From an uncultured cyanobacterium (lineage in GTDB: Bacteria > Cyanobacteriota > Cyanobacteriia > PCC-9006 > JAAUQQ01), in NCBI GenBank assembly GCA_963718615.1, contig OY970368.1, positions 4,192,001-4,256,000 of the forward strand: a stretch of 64,000 bases of DNA, given 5' to 3'. The position numbers and the translations under genes are program-made. A model generated the notes under the pieces. It searched no databases, was not told the origin of the DNA, and was given only the letters and a program-made list of their open reading frames with translations. This document shows positions 29,383 through 40,333 of this stretch, piece by piece (position 1 is the stretch's first letter; each line of letters starts with the position of its first letter).

Positions 29383-31080
29383 TTATCCATTCAGCAAGGC
29401 TTCGACAAATTCGTAGCTGGAGAAAGGGCGTAGGTCGCTGATGCCTTCTCCGGCACCAATAAAACGAATGGGGAGGCCCAGTTGACGGACGACTGCGAGG
29501 GCAACGCCACCCCGAGCCGTTCCGTCTAGTTTGGTCAAAATGACACCGCTCAGTTCCGCTGCCTCGGCGAAGACTTCCGCTTGGCGCAGACCATTTTGGC
29601 CTAGGGTGGCATCTAGGACGAGCAAGGATTGAACCTTGGCTCCGGGGGCTTTTTTGTCGATGATACGGCGAACTTTGGACAGCTCGTCCATGAGGTTTTT
29701 CTTGTTTTGCAGACGACCGGCGGTGTCTATGAGGAGCAGTTCGGTGTTGCGGGATTGGGCGGCGGCGATCGCATCAAACACCACCGCAGCAGGATCCGTA
29801 TTCTGTCCAGGATTAGCGATGACTTCAATGCCACTGCGTTCGCCCCAAACCTTCACTTGCTGAACGGCTGCGGCCCGGAAGGTATCAGCGGCAGCGATGA
29901 GACAGCGATAGTCGGATTTGGTGGCCAGGTGGGCGAGTTTGCCAATCGTCGTGGTTTTGCCTGCGCCGTTGACGCCAGCCATCAGCCAGATATTGAGCTG
30001 ATCTTTTTCCGGCGCGAGCACCGGGATTTCGTCATCCTGGATCGGGGCATCCAGAAGTTCGCGAATGATGCGTTTGAGGTAGGCGATCGCCCGATCCGGC
30101 GGCAGCGCTTCTTCCCGCAGTTTGCCCTGGAGCGAGGCAATGATATAGTCCGTCGCATCGACGCCGACGTCCGCTTGCAGCAGCAGCGACTCAATTTCGA
30201 GGACAGCATCTTCGTTGAGGGGTCCCTGTCCAACGATCGCCTTGAGCTGATTGACTAAATTGCGACGGGTTTTGCCAAGCCCTTGGCGGAGACGGCTGAG
30301 CCAGGTAATTTCTTCGTAGGAAATCTCTTCTGGGCGACGACCTTGAGCCGCAAGGATTTCAGCAGACCAGATAAAGTTTTCATCGAACGTAATACGAGGA
30401 CCCTCCTCTAGGTCATCGGCTAGGTTATCGGTGCGATTTAGCGTTTCGGGATCCGGCTCTGGTTCTGGTTCCTCGATCGCCGTTGCCTTCAGACGCTCCA
30501 GCCGAGCCTCTCGCTCTGCCTCAGCACGAGCCAGTAAGGATAACGGTGCCGGAGCAGGGTCTGAATCCGGTTCTGGCTCCGGTTCTGGCTCCGGTTCTGA
30601 ATCATGCTCAGAACCCTGTTCCTCAGCGAGTACAGCCGCTCCAGTCTCCGCTTCTGAAACGGATTCAAGGGCTTCAGCTTCAATGGCTTCAGCTTCAATG
30701 GCTTCAGCGGATTCAGCCTCTGCTAGTTCAGCCTCCACCGGTTCAGCTTCCGCCGGTTCAGCTTCCGCCGGTTCAGCTTCCGCCAGTTCAGGGAGTGTAA
30801 GATCAGGTCCAGTCTCCCTTTCCGGTTCAGCCGCTACCGATTCTGTCCGTTCGGCGGGTTCAGCTGCCTCTGGCTCCGCTTCCTGGGTTTCCTGCTTCTG
30901 CTTGATGTGCTGAAACGCAGCCTTGGCCCATTCCAGATAGTCCTCATTCGGCGAATCTTCCGCTGTCTCTGTTTCAACTCCCTCAGCAGACATAGGCTCT
31001 GTAGCCTCCTCAGTCGTCTCCTGAGACAATTCATCGGATGTGTTCGCAGCGAACTTACGACGGAACCAGTCAAAAGCCAT
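29383..31080 (-). CDS. ftsY: SRP receptor FtsY
   Basis: Acidic N-terminus; GVNGAGKTT, DTFRAAA, DTAGRLQ, TKLDGTARGG. Confidence 0.97.
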   Translation of the reverse strand: MAFDWFRRKFAANTSDELSQETTEEATEPMSAEGVETETAEDSPNEDYLEWAKAAFQHIKQKQETQEAEPEAAEPAERTESVAAEPERETGPDLTLPELAEAEPAEAEPAEAEPVEAELAEAESAEAIEAEAIEAEALESVSEAETGAAVLAEEQGSEHDSEPEPEPEPEPDSDPAPAPLSLLARAEAEREARLERLKATAIEEPEPEPDPETLNRTDNLADDLEEGPRITFDENFIWSAEILAAQGRRPEEISYEEITWLSRLRQGLGKTRRNLVNQLKAIVGQGPLNEDAVLEIESLLLQADVGVDATDYIIASLQGKLREEALPPDRAIAYLKRIIRELLDAPIQDDEIPVLAPEKDQLNIWLMAGVNGAGKTTTIGKLAHLATKSDYRCLIAAADTFRAAAVQQVKVWGERSGIEVIANPGQNTDPAAVVFDAIAAAQSRNTELLLIDTAGRLQNKKNLMDELSKVRRIIDKKAPGAKVQSLLVLDATLGQNGLRQAEVFAEAAELSGVILTKLDGTARGGVALAVVRQLGLPIRFIGAGEGISDLRPFSSYEFVEALLNG

Positions 31081-31185
31081 AGCAGGTCTAAGGGTTTCTA
31101 AATGCGTGAATGGTCAAAGATAAAGATAAGGGAGGACAGGACCGGCCTTCCGGCAGACAGACTATTGGCTTGAGGCCGATTTGCC

Positions 31186-31866
31186 TTAGGCTGGATCTGC
31201 AATGACGGCCACCGGAGCCGATGAAGACTCTGAGTCTTTCTCCGTCGAGGAGGGCCCTGAATGTCGGGCATCCACAACCCGCCGTAAAACCCCATTGATG
31301 AACCGTTTGCCTTCCTCATCACTGTATCGTTTTGCCTGTTCCACTGCGGCATTGATCGACACCTGATGGGGGACGCCGAGGTAATTCATCTCGGCGATCG
31401 CAATTCGCAAAATATCTTGATCCAACTTAGGCAACCGGCTCAACCGCCACTCCACCATGGCCGATCCCAAGGCTTGATCAATGGTTTCCCGATGGGTCTT
31501 GATACAGCGGCTAATTTCTAGGGCGTAGGCTTGCACTTCCCGTTGGTTGGTCATTTGCAGCATCTCGGGAAACTCTAAAGCTCGTGCCGCGCGGTTGATG
31601 GCATTGCGCGTCAGTTCACTAGCCTCCCGCACCATGGCCTTGCTGCTCTCTAGGGTGACCGCATTAACATCGGTACGAAAAAGCTGATTGTTGCTCTGGA
31701 TGAGTTCATCACTGGCCGCAGCCAATAAATCCTGGGCCTCTCCACTGAGAATCCGCACCGCAGCCAAGACAAGCTCCTGCAACGACACGTCTTTTTCGAG
31801 GGAACGTTTAGAAAACTGACTCAAACTCAACAGTGCGAGTTCGCGGGCAACTTGACGGGCTTGCAT
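31186..31866 (-). CDS. nusB: Transcription antitermination factor NusB
   Basis: RQVARELAL, DILRIA, INAAVEQAKRYS, FINGVL. Confidence 0.93.
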   Translation of the reverse strand: MQARQVARELALLSLSQFSKRSLEKDVSLQELVLAAVRILSGEAQDLLAAASDELIQSNNQLFRTDVNAVTLESSKAMVREASELTRNAINRAARALEFPEMLQMTNQREVQAYALEISRCIKTHRETIDQALGSAMVEWRLSRLPKLDQDILRIAIAEMNYLGVPHQVSINAAVEQAKRYSDEEGKRFINGVLRRVVDARHSGPSSTEKDSESSSAPVAVIADPA

Positions 31867-31931
31867 GGCAGATCCTCAAAATCAAACAACAAAAACTGGA
31901 TTGTCAAGGTTCGAAGGGTGAACAGTAGAAC

Positions 31932-32706
31932 CTAAGAAGGCTCCTCTTCCAACGGCAGGGAAGAAATTCGGCGCTCTGAACGGAGATTACTCACGGAACG
32001 GCTATCGGGAGAACCAGAAGCTCGGGCGATCGCATCCTTCCCCCCAGACAGCGTACTAGGGTCGACAATTCCCCCAGAAATTAAAACCTTAAAGGCATTC
32101 TCAACGGAAATTGACGTTTGGATCACTTCACTTTCTGGAACGATTGCATACCAGCCACTGGTGGGATTGGGCGTCGTCGGGATAAACACACTCAACATCG
32201 GATTGCTGGGATCTGGATTAAGACCCGCCGCTACGCCCCCGGTGACAAAGGCGATCGTCCACATGTTACGACGGGGATATTCCACCAGAACCACCCGCCG
32301 AAAGCGACTATCTGAGCCTAGCAGGGTTTCCAGCAATTGTTTTAACGTCGTGTAGACCGAGCCCGCAAGCGGGATTGCCCTGAGCGTGCGCTCCCCAAAA
32401 TCCAGCAGCCACCGCCCTGCAATATTGCGCGCCATCAAACCGATGAGCAAAATACTGAACAGGGGGACCGCTAAACCAATGGACAGATTGAGCAAATCCC
32501 CAAGAATGGGATTTAACTCGTTAAAAGGATTGAGCTGCTTGGGGATGCTGGTTAAAAAATCAATCACCCAGCGGGCCACCGTGATGGTTAACCAAATGGT
32601 GGTCGCCAGAAGGGATCACCACCAGCAAACCTGCAATTAAGTCACTTTTAAGATCCTGTCGCAGTCGCTGGATAAGCGTTAATCTACTTTCCTCTGGCAG
32701 AGACAT
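31932..32706 (-). CDS. DUF502 family membrane protein (one extra base near 32610, probable sequence error)
   Basis: Upstream frame LRQDLKSDLIAGLLVVIP joins LATTIWL after removing one T; VLVEYPR, FIPTTPNPTSG. Confidence 0.85.
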
Positions 32707-32800
32707 GGACTATCGAAACCGTGAAAGGGAATTCGGAGCAGGGAACCAGTCTTTTAATTATCTCAGTTCCACAGCTATTTTACGAAATCTGTATCACAAG

Positions 32801-33751
32801 TCACCAGGAGTCTGGGCCATCGCATAGTTGGGGGATGGGGAGTCGCTGACGGTTTTGGCCAGAACCTACAGAATGTCCGGCGGGAGGCGCTGCGGGAGAC
32901 GCTGCGGGATGTAAGGGCGTCGTGTAGACCTCATCGTAGGGCCGGTGCTCGATTTCCCAAACTTTGAGGACAATTAAATATTCATAAAACATCTGTAAGA
33001 CGCACCAGCGGAAGCCGGCCTGACCATCCAAAAATCCTCTCAAAAAGAAATACATATAAACAAACCGAATTAGCGGGCGCAGGGGCGTACGCAGCGAGAG
33101 ATCCTTTAAAGCTCGACGACGTTCGACTTCGGTTTTGCCCCAAAACAGATCGCTCCAGCGGGTTTCGCCATGGGTGAGCTGGTGGATCGTTTCCTGGGCT
33201 TCGTCGGTGGAGTAGCGGTTGTGTTTGTCGATCCAGCGGCTGAGCCCTTTGCCTGAGGTGTAGTGGGGGTAGGTGGCCTTGAGAAATCCGGTGGGACCGT
33301 CGCAGACTTCTCGTTCGGTGTGGCCGTAGTCGCTAAACCAAACCTTGTCGGGGCGCAGCAGCCGCAGTTGATAGCGGGGATATTGGGTGCTGTGGCGAAT
33401 CCAATGGCCCATGAACATGACCCGTTCAGCGGCGTAGAAGCCGACGTTTTCCGTCTTTTGAATGACCTTGCAGCATTCCTGAAACAGTTCTGGCGTCATC
33501 CGCTCGTCGGCTTCAAGAATATAAACCCACTCGTGTTTGGCCGGGATTTCCTGAAGCATCCAGGTGCGCTGCTTGCCATGGCTCTCGAAGGCGTGGGGCA
33601 CAAACCGGACGGGGGATTGCTGGGCGATTTCGGCGGTGCGATCGCTACTCAGGGAATCCACCACAATAATGTCATCGGAGAGCTGGGCTGATTCGATACA
33701 GGCTGCGATATCTCGTTCTTCGTTATAGGTCAAAATATAAATCGAGAACAT
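32801..33751 (-). CDS. Glycosyltransferase family 2
   Basis: ILTYNEE, VVDSLSSDRT, ILEADE, KHNRYS. Confidence 0.88.
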   Translation of the reverse strand: MFSIYILTYNEERDIAACIESAQLSDDIIVVDSLSSDRTAEIAQQSPVRFVPHAFESHGKQRTWMLQEIPAKHEWVYILEADERMTPELFQECCKVIQKTENVGFYAAERVMFMGHWIRHSTQYPRYQLRLLRPDKVWFSDYGHTEREVCDGPTGFLKATYPHYTSGKGLSRWIDKHNRYSTDEAQETIHQLTHGETRWSDLFWGKTEVERRRALKDLSLRTPLRPLIRFVYMYFFLRGFLDGQAGFRWCVLQMFYEYLIVLKVWEIEHRPYDEVYTTPLHPAASPAAPPAGHSVGSGQNRQRLPIPQLCDGPDSW

Positions 33752-33950
33752 AGCTCCAGACTTGGCTTCAGCCCTAAAATATTGATCAACAGGCAATGTG
33801 ACGAAATGTTGCTAGAAGGCCCTAACTCTCGTTCCTAGAATGCCCGTTGAGCGGCTAGAAATGACAGGACTTCATAACAGAGGGGCTTGGCAAATTACCA
33901 AACCCCTCTCGCTTGCTTCCATGACGTTGATGTTGAAAACCCAGACCATC

Positions 33951-34697
33951 CTATTTGGCGGCGCGCAGTCCGGTCCAGCCCACAACCGCGTAGGCGATCG
34001 CCAACAGCAAACTACTCAACCCCGTTCGCAGACTCGACTTCAGAGCACCGGTCTTGGCATTGCTGATGGCATCGGCTTTGCGGGTTTGAATTTCGGTTTT
34101 GAGGCGGCCTTCCTCTTCCTTCGCCTTCTCGTTCAAATAGCTGTCAATGGATGCGGGTTTATCCTTGAATTGCTGGAGCAGGGTCACTTGATCTTCCTTG
34201 ACTTGACCGCTGGCGATCGCCTGGTTTAAGACCGCTTCGTTTTGCAGCAGCGCCTGAATCCGACCCTTCTCTTGCTGCACTTGATTGGCCACCACCGTAG
34301 GCAAGTTTTTATCAGCTTCAGTGGCCTGCTTGTCAAGCTCTTCTAACTGGGCTTTCTGAGCTGCGCTAGCATTGCTGAGATGGAACGGCACGACCAAAAG
34401 AAACATCAACCCCAACAGACTGGCCAACCCCAACGACACCAAGCGCACTGCGCCCAGATTGCTCCCAGCGCGGCTATCGGACTGTTCAGTAATCCAACTG
34501 CCGACGAGCAAAAACGTGATACCGACCAACGGAACGATGCCGCGATCGACCAACTGTCCGGCCAAACCCAGTTTCCACTGAAGCTGGTCAAATTGGGGCG
34601 GCACGAGCAAAACCAAATAATCCAGCAGAGAAGTCAGAATCAGAACAGCCCCAACGGTCATCAGGGTACGAGAAGCGAGCGACGTCATGGATTTCAT
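33951..34697 (-). CDS. hpsJ: HpsJ-family membrane protein
   Basis: QLVDRGIVPLVG and LMFLLVVPFH motifs, TM helices plus coiled coil. Confidence 0.7.
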   Translation of the reverse strand: MKSMTSLASRTLMTVGAVLILTSLLDYLVLLVPPQFDQLQWKLGLAGQLVDRGIVPLVGITFLLVGSWITEQSDSRAGSNLGAVRLVSLGLASLLGLMFLLVVPFHLSNASAAQKAQLEELDKQATEADKNLPTVVANQVQQEKGRIQALLQNEAVLNQAIASGQVKEDQVTLLQQFKDKPASIDSYLNEKAKEEEGRLKTEIQTRKADAISNAKTGALKSSLRTGLSSLLLAIAYAVVGWTGLRAAK

Positions 34698-35116
34698 AGA
34701 AGGTCAGTCGAAAAAGGCCTGGATGGACAGTTCGAAAAGTAAACAAAAAATAAAAACGTTTTCAGCGATCGACAATGAACTATTGAGTAGCCGCCAGAGA
34801 AAAATCAGTACGACCTGATGGTACCCCGTTCATCCTCCGAATGTGCAGGGGCAAATGTGCAGAGAGATCCGGCTTCCCCAAACTCGCACTTTTTGCAGTC
34901 TCTAATGCTACATTAACTTCTCCGTATGTCGAGCGGGGGTCCGGAATTCTTGAGAAAAAACCTGACTTTTGGAGGCCGGTGGGCAGAAGTCGAGAGAATA
35001 AAATCGCTATGCCGGTTTTGGTCTGTCTCCTTCTGTCTCATTCAGAGTTTCTGAGTCAAAATTTCCGAGTCAAAATTGCTCAGCGTTAATTCCCCTATAT
35101 TTCCCTCTAAATCTCC

Positions 35117-35842
35117 ATGACGATGTCTTCTCGGATCGAAGTGTTACCGACACCAGAGGCCCTAATTCAAAGTGCCCTGGCACGGGTGGTGGAACAGATC
35201 CATCAGGCGATTCGCGATCGCGGTCGATGCAGTCTGGCCCTCTCGGGGGGAAGTACCCCCAAGCCGCTTTATGCTGCCCTCGCCCAGCAGGACCTGCCCC
35301 TCGGGCAACTGCATCTGTTCTGGGGGGATGAACGGTTTGTTCCAGCGGACCATGCCGATAGTAATTACGCCATGGTGAAGCAGGTCTGGCTCGATCCCGT
35401 CGGATTTCCGGCGGAAAATGTCTATGCTGTACCGACCCACGGCATGAAGCCGGAAACCGCTGCGGCGCAGTATGAGCAAACCCTGCGTGACTTTTTTGAG
35501 ACTGAACCGGAGAGGGTGCCCGCGTTTGATTTGATCCTGTTGGGGTTGGGGGATGATGGCCATACGGCTTCGCTATTTCCCCAGACGGCGGCTTTGGAGG
35601 TGCGCGATCGCCTCGTTACGGTGGGCGAAAAGTCGGGTCAGCCTCGGATTACCTTTACGGTGCCGTTGATCAACCAAGCCAGGGAAGTACTGTTTGTGGT
35701 AGCGGGAGCTAATAAACAAACGGCCCTCGCCCAAATTTTTGCAGCCCAGGCCGATGCCCGACAGTATCCGGCACGCTTGGTGCAATCTGAGCAAGTCACC
35801 TGGCTCTTGGACAGTGCGGCTGGCGCTGAGCTAGGGCAATAA
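35117..35842 (+). CDS. pgl: 6-phosphogluconolactonase
   Basis: LSGGSTP, FWGDER.VP, LGLGDDGHTASLFP. Confidence 0.95.
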   Translation: MTMSSRIEVLPTPEALIQSALARVVEQIHQAIRDRGRCSLALSGGSTPKPLYAALAQQDLPLGQLHLFWGDERFVPADHADSNYAMVKQVWLDPVGFPAENVYAVPTHGMKPETAAAQYEQTLRDFFETEPERVPAFDLILLGLGDDGHTASLFPQTAALEVRDRLVTVGEKSGQPRITFTVPLINQAREVLFVVAGANKQTALAQIFAAQADARQYPARLVQSEQVTWLLDSAAGAELGQ

Positions 35843-36009
35843 AATTCCCGGAGAGAATGTGCCAGGAAGCGTAATGTAAAGCACAATCTTTCTCGCAATA
35901 GTGTAGAGATCCCCTACGCATCTGCATGGTCCTACCGCTATGATAGGTGCGCAGAAGAGGCCGATTGGGTCTGTACGGTCACTGTCCAAGCTTAATGTCC
36001 TAAAAAGCT

Positions 36010-36714
36010 ATGATTGTTTGCCCAAATTGCAACCATCACAATCCTGAAGGGGCGACTCAGTGTGAAGCTTGTTATACCCCGCTGCCGGAGATGGTGCCCT
36101 GTCCGAACTGCGGCGCACCTGTTCAGGTCGATGCCAATTTCTGTGGTCAGTGCGGATTTCATATTCAATCCCCAGAGGCGGTTCTGCCCACGGCCCTAGA
36201 GGTGCCGGCAGCAGCAGGTCAGCCAGATTTGCCCGAACTGGAGGAACCTGAGCCCCTTTCCGAACCCGAACCCGTGATGTCAGGGCTAGGGCCAGAGCCC
36301 GAAACCGAGGCGGCAGAAGGCAGTTCCGGCTTCGAGTCTACTGCCTTGGTGGTACCGAAGAGTCAGGCTACGACCCAGCTTCAAACCCATCGAGCCATGC
36401 TGTTGCATGTTCGGACCAATGTGGCGCTGCCCCTACCCGAAAATCTGTCGGTGATCCATCTTGGCAAGCCGAACGATCGCGTACCTCCCGATCTGGACGT
36501 TTCGGGATTTCCGGATTCTGAAGTGGTGTCCCGGATTCATGCGGATATTCGGGTGGAGGGTGATGCGTTTTACATTGAAGATGTGGGCAGCTCCAATGGT
36601 ACCTACGTTAATAATTTGCCCCTTGCCCCCGGCAACCGTCATCGTTTGCGGGTGGGCGATCGCATCGCTTTCGGGAAGGGGGATTTGGTCACCTTTTTCT
36701 TCCAGGTTGGTTAG
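36010..36714 (+). CDS. Double zinc ribbon + FHA domain protein
   Basis: Four CxxC motifs; VSRIHA, DVGSSNGT. Confidence 0.9.
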   Translation: MIVCPNCNHHNPEGATQCEACYTPLPEMVPCPNCGAPVQVDANFCGQCGFHIQSPEAVLPTALEVPAAAGQPDLPELEEPEPLSEPEPVMSGLGPEPETEAAEGSSGFESTALVVPKSQATTQLQTHRAMLLHVRTNVALPLPENLSVIHLGKPNDRVPPDLDVSGFPDSEVVSRIHADIRVEGDAFYIEDVGSSNGTYVNNLPLAPGNRHRLRVGDRIAFGKGDLVTFFFQVG

Positions 36715-36905
36715 TGTAAGCTAGCAAGCCAATCGGTGTAGGCGGGTATATTAATCTAGGGAATCGGTCAGTACTGTGTTAGTGCTACTATGCTGCTTGA
36801 TTTCTGTTGCGTACTTGTGCGTATCTGAACTTGAGCAGATGCGACTGAAACCGCTCGCTCGGCTCAATCGTTTGTTTCTAACCCTACGCCAGTCGTGCTC
36901 TTGAC

Positions 36906-37283
36906 GTGATTACTCTGACCCTACTGCATCCACTGCAATCAACCCCTGTTCAGACTTGGACGTTCCAGCAGGAACCGGTGGTTCGGATTGGCCGTGCAGC
37001 GGATAACCAAGTGGTTCTCTACAGCGCGGTGGTGTCTCGGTATCATGTCGAGATTCAGATCTCCGGCTCCGATTGGAAGGTGGTTAACCTCGGCACCAAC
37101 GGAACGTACATCAGCGGTAAGCGCATCGAACAACAGACGGTCGAAGATGGCATGGTCATTCGGCTGGCTCGCTCGGGACCGATGATTCAGATTCGCCTCA
37201 ATCAAAATGCGGCGACCCCTGCCCCCCAAACGGCGGCGGAAGCATTTCGCAGCGCTCAGCACGAAGCAGAACAGATGTCCTAA
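36906..37283 (+). CDS. FHA domain protein
   Basis: RIGRA.DN, VSRYH, GTNGT. Confidence 0.9.
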   Translation: MITLTLLHPLQSTPVQTWTFQQEPVVRIGRAADNQVVLYSAVVSRYHVEIQISGSDWKVVNLGTNGTYISGKRIEQQTVEDGMVIRLARSGPMIQIRLNQNAATPAPQTAAEAFRSAQHEAEQMS

Positions 37284-37482
37284 GGGGATGTCCTCAAGGG
37301 ATGCCCTAGGGTTTATCTGGCCTAATAGTTTTGCGGCTGAATAATTCTTAAAGTTTTTCGATCCGTATCTATTTCGACCTTTGTGGCGATCGCTTCGTTT
37401 TGGTCTACCACAGGTTGTGACAAATTGCTGTATAGCGTCTATCCTTAACGCACATTTGGCCGTAGGTGCTTCGTAGACTGCT

Positions 37483-38166
37483 ATGCGCAACTTACCTGTT
37501 TCGCTTCTTTCTTTGGGTCTTTTGCTTTCGGGTTCACTCGGTCTAGGGAGATCTGCCCAGGCTCTCCCCTTGGTGGATTGGCAATTTGACCCTGAACAGA
37601 ACGCATTGGCTGTCCAGTTGGACGCTGGTGTAACACCGCAATATTTTCTGTTGGCCGATCCCCTGCGCATTGTGGTGGATCTACCCCATACCCAGTTCCA
37701 AACCCCTCGAACGGATGAGCTGTTCACGGGCGATGTGAGTCGCATTCAGGTCAGCGAAGCCCAGCCAGGGACAACCCGTGTGGTGATGGAGCTGGCACCG
37801 GGGGCCGCATTGCAAGCGGAGCCGATCGCCTTGGAAGATTTGGGGCAGGGTCAATGGCAAATTAAACCGCTGCTGGCTCAAGGGGCGACACCGGAGGTTT
37901 CGGTTCCCGTTTTGCCTCTGACGGAAGCCCTGATGGGGGCTGGAGAATCCGTGACGACGTCCGAGACTTTACCACCGGTTGCGGCCCAGGCTTCGGTGCA
38001 GGCTGCGGCGCAAACTTCGGCACAAACTTCGGCGCAAACTTCGGCGGAGATCGTAGATCCCCTGGTCGAACCCCAGTTGCCCTATCTGGTGGAATTTGGT
38101 CAGCCCCTACCGGGAATTATGCCTGCGCTTCCCCCAGCGGCCTATCTCCCGCCAGCTCAACTCTAG
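37483..38166 (+). CDS. Secreted AMIN-domain protein
   Basis: Signal peptide; [19 protein letters not shown]; low-complexity tail. Confidence 0.85.
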   Translation: MRNLPVSLLSLGLLLSGSLGLGRSAQALPLVDWQFDPEQNALAVQLDAGVTPQYFLLADPLRIVVDLPHTQFQTPRTDELFTGDVSRIQVSEAQPGTTRVVMELAPGAALQAEPIALEDLGQGQWQIKPLLAQGATPEVSVPVLPLTEALMGAGESVTTSETLPPVAAQASVQAAAQTSAQTSAQTSAEIVDPLVEPQLPYLVEFGQPLPGIMPALPPAAYLPPAQL

Positions 38167-39449
38167 GCGCGTAACGCCAATAGTTTTCGTCGCAGTTCAT
38201 CGCCTTGCATCAAGAGGGCCGATTGCTCTAGGGCTGACTGTTCTCCCGATTGCAACCACTTGAGCTGCAGGGTCTGGGTGTCCACCTCGGCTTCTCCGAG
38301 GACCAGACAGGCGGCTGCCCCGCTGCGATCCGCTCGCTTGAACTGTTTGCCGAAGGTGCTGCCGCTGAGGTCTAGCTCAACGCTGAAGCCTTGTCGCCGC
38401 AACTGCTGGGCTAGTCGCAGGGCCTGGGCTTCGGCTTTTTCTCCCCGTGAAACCATGTAAAAATCCAGGGCGATCGCCGGTGCCGCCTGCATCTGTTGCA
38501 AGAGAATCATCAGTCGCTCCAGCCCCATAGCCCAGCCCACCGCTTGGGTGACTGGACCGCCCAACTGTTCCACCAAGCCATCGTAGCGACCGCCCCCGCA
38601 GACAGTAGCTTGGGCTCCAAGGTCCGAAGACTGGATCTCAAAGGCGGTGTGGGTGTAATAGTCGAGCCCTCGCACCAGTCGGGGATTGAGCCGATAGGCA
38701 ATGCCCAGATCGGTGAGCGCTTGCTGGACCTTGCCAAAGAAGCTTTTGGATTCGGGACTTAGATAATCCAGCAAGCTGGGGGCATCGGCGACAATTTCCT
38801 GGGTTTTTTCATTCTTACTGTCAAGGATACGCAGGGGATTGCGCGTCAAACGGTCCTGGGAGTCGGCATCTAAATCCCCTTTGTAGGGGGTCAAAAACGC
38901 CACTAACGCCTCTCGATAGGCTTGGCGATCGCCCCCAGTGCCCACGGAATTCAAATCCATCGTTAGGTTGGTGAGGCCTAGCTGTTTGAGCAGGTCTGTG
39001 GCGATCGCAATTACCTCCGCATCGGCCCGCCCGTCGGCGCTGCCCAAAACCTCAGCACCCAACTGATGAAACTGGCGCTGGCGTCCACCTTGGGGTCGCT
39101 CATAGCGAAACATGGGGCCACAATACCAAAGCCGCTGGACGCCGCCTTGGGCTGCAAGACCATGCTCGATATAGGCGCGGACTACGCCTGCGGTGTTTTC
39201 CGGTCGGAGGGTAATAGCGCGATCGCCCCGGTCCGTAAAGCTATACATCTCCTTGCCAACCACATCCGTCGCTTCGCCAATGCCTCGGGCGAACAGCGCC
39301 GTTTCTTCAAAAATTGGCGTGCGAATCTCTTGATAGGCGGCTTGGGCGAACTGTTGACGGGCCGTTGCTTCGACCCATTGCCAATAAGCGATCTCCGCTG
39401 GCAAAATATCCCGCGTGCCGCGTAATGCCCGAAGCGAACCCATGATCAT
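38163..39449 (-). CDS. hisS: Histidine--tRNA ligase
   Basis: [36 protein letters not shown]. Confidence 0.98.
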   Translation of the reverse strand: MIMGSLRALRGTRDILPAEIAYWQWVEATARQQFAQAAYQEIRTPIFEETALFARGIGEATDVVGKEMYSFTDRGDRAITLRPENTAGVVRAYIEHGLAAQGGVQRLWYCGPMFRYERPQGGRQRQFHQLGAEVLGSADGRADAEVIAIATDLLKQLGLTNLTMDLNSVGTGGDRQAYREALVAFLTPYKGDLDADSQDRLTRNPLRILDSKNEKTQEIVADAPSLLDYLSPESKSFFGKVQQALTDLGIAYRLNPRLVRGLDYYTHTAFEIQSSDLGAQATVCGGGRYDGLVEQLGGPVTQAVGWAMGLERLMILLQQMQAAPAIALDFYMVSRGEKAEAQALRLAQQLRRQGFSVELDLSGSTFGKQFKRADRSGAAACLVLGEAEVDTQTLQLKWLQSGEQSALEQSALLMQGDELRRKLLALRA

Positions 39450-39489
39450 GACCTAAAGCAGTTTTTCTACGGTAGCAGTTCAAGCGCCC

Positions 39490-39786
39490 CTAGGAAGCCT
39501 GAGAGTTTTCGCTGGTGCTGGATTGTTCCTGGGGATCCGGCAGTTTGCAGCAGTTGACTTGATCAATGCAGATTTTTCCCCAGTTGAGTGCCCAGCGGAA
39601 GAGTGCCACCCGGTTGTCTGTGCCGGTTTTCTGCAAAATATTGCTGATATGGTTGTCGACGGTGCGTTTGCTAATCTCTAGTTGATTGGCAATATCTTGA
39701 TTGGTTAGTCCTGAAGCAACTAGCTCTACGATTTGCAGCTCGCGCTCAGACAGAACACTGTAGGTTTGAGAGTCGCTACCGGACAT
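39490..39786 (-). CDS. pedR: Small LuxR-type regulator PedR
   Basis: LSERE..IVELVA.GLTN, ISKRTVDNHISNIL, C-terminal GKIC....NCC. Confidence 0.85.
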   Translation of the reverse strand: MSGSDSQTYSVLSERELQIVELVASGLTNQDIANQLEISKRTVDNHISNILQKTGTDNRVALFRWALNWGKICIDQVNCCKLPDPQEQSSTSENSQAS

Positions 39787-40290
39787 AAGCTTTTATACTC
39801 GCGTATTTGTACTCATCACTCCCCCCATTCTACGAACAGAAACGTGAAAAGCCGTCAAAATCGTTGCAGACAGCTACAATTTGCGAATTTTTTATTGATT
39901 CTGAGGAAATTGGGTCGGCGCAGCCTCCGATTTGTTTGCGGCTCGCTGGCGATCGCCCTATTGTTCCTCCATCCACACTTCACACCGAGGGCTTTTGCCG
40001 AGGGAGCTCTCAACGAGCGACCGGCCCTTTCGGCTGAACAGCTCGATCAATTTGTCAAAGCCTATCTTCAGGTCTTTGAGCTGATTGACCATCGTCAAAG
40101 CGAACTGCAAGCGGCTGAAACGGAGTCTGAATCCTTGCAAATTCAGCGGGAAATTGAGCAGGAGGCTTTTAATCAAATTGCAGCGGCGGGATTAACGCGT
40201 CAGGAATATCTGCAAATTTTGGGATTAGCCAATGCGGATCCAGAGGTTGGGGAACAGATTGCCGCGCAGATCCAAGAAGCGGCAAACTAA
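39733..40290 (+). CDS. DUF4168-like exported protein (true start probably downstream)
   Basis: Hydrophobic leader, then LDQFVKAY...I..AGLT..EY..I. Confidence 0.65.
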   Translation: MQLALRQNTVGLRVATGHKLLYSRICTHHSPHSTNRNVKSRQNRCRQLQFANFLLILRKLGRRSLRFVCGSLAIALLFLHPHFTPRAFAEGALNERPALSAEQLDQFVKAYLQVFELIDHRQSELQAAETESESLQIQREIEQEAFNQIAAAGLTRQEYLQILGLANADPEVGEQIAAQIQEAAN

Positions 40291-40333
40291 GAACAGCAAA
40301 TTCATAATCTAGTCCATCATTCTGGGTCTTTTC

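Noticed and set aside
33879-33909. Hairpin AGAGGGG...CCCCTCT as the hpsJ terminator
   Set aside because: Imperfect stem with no clear U-tract; insufficient support
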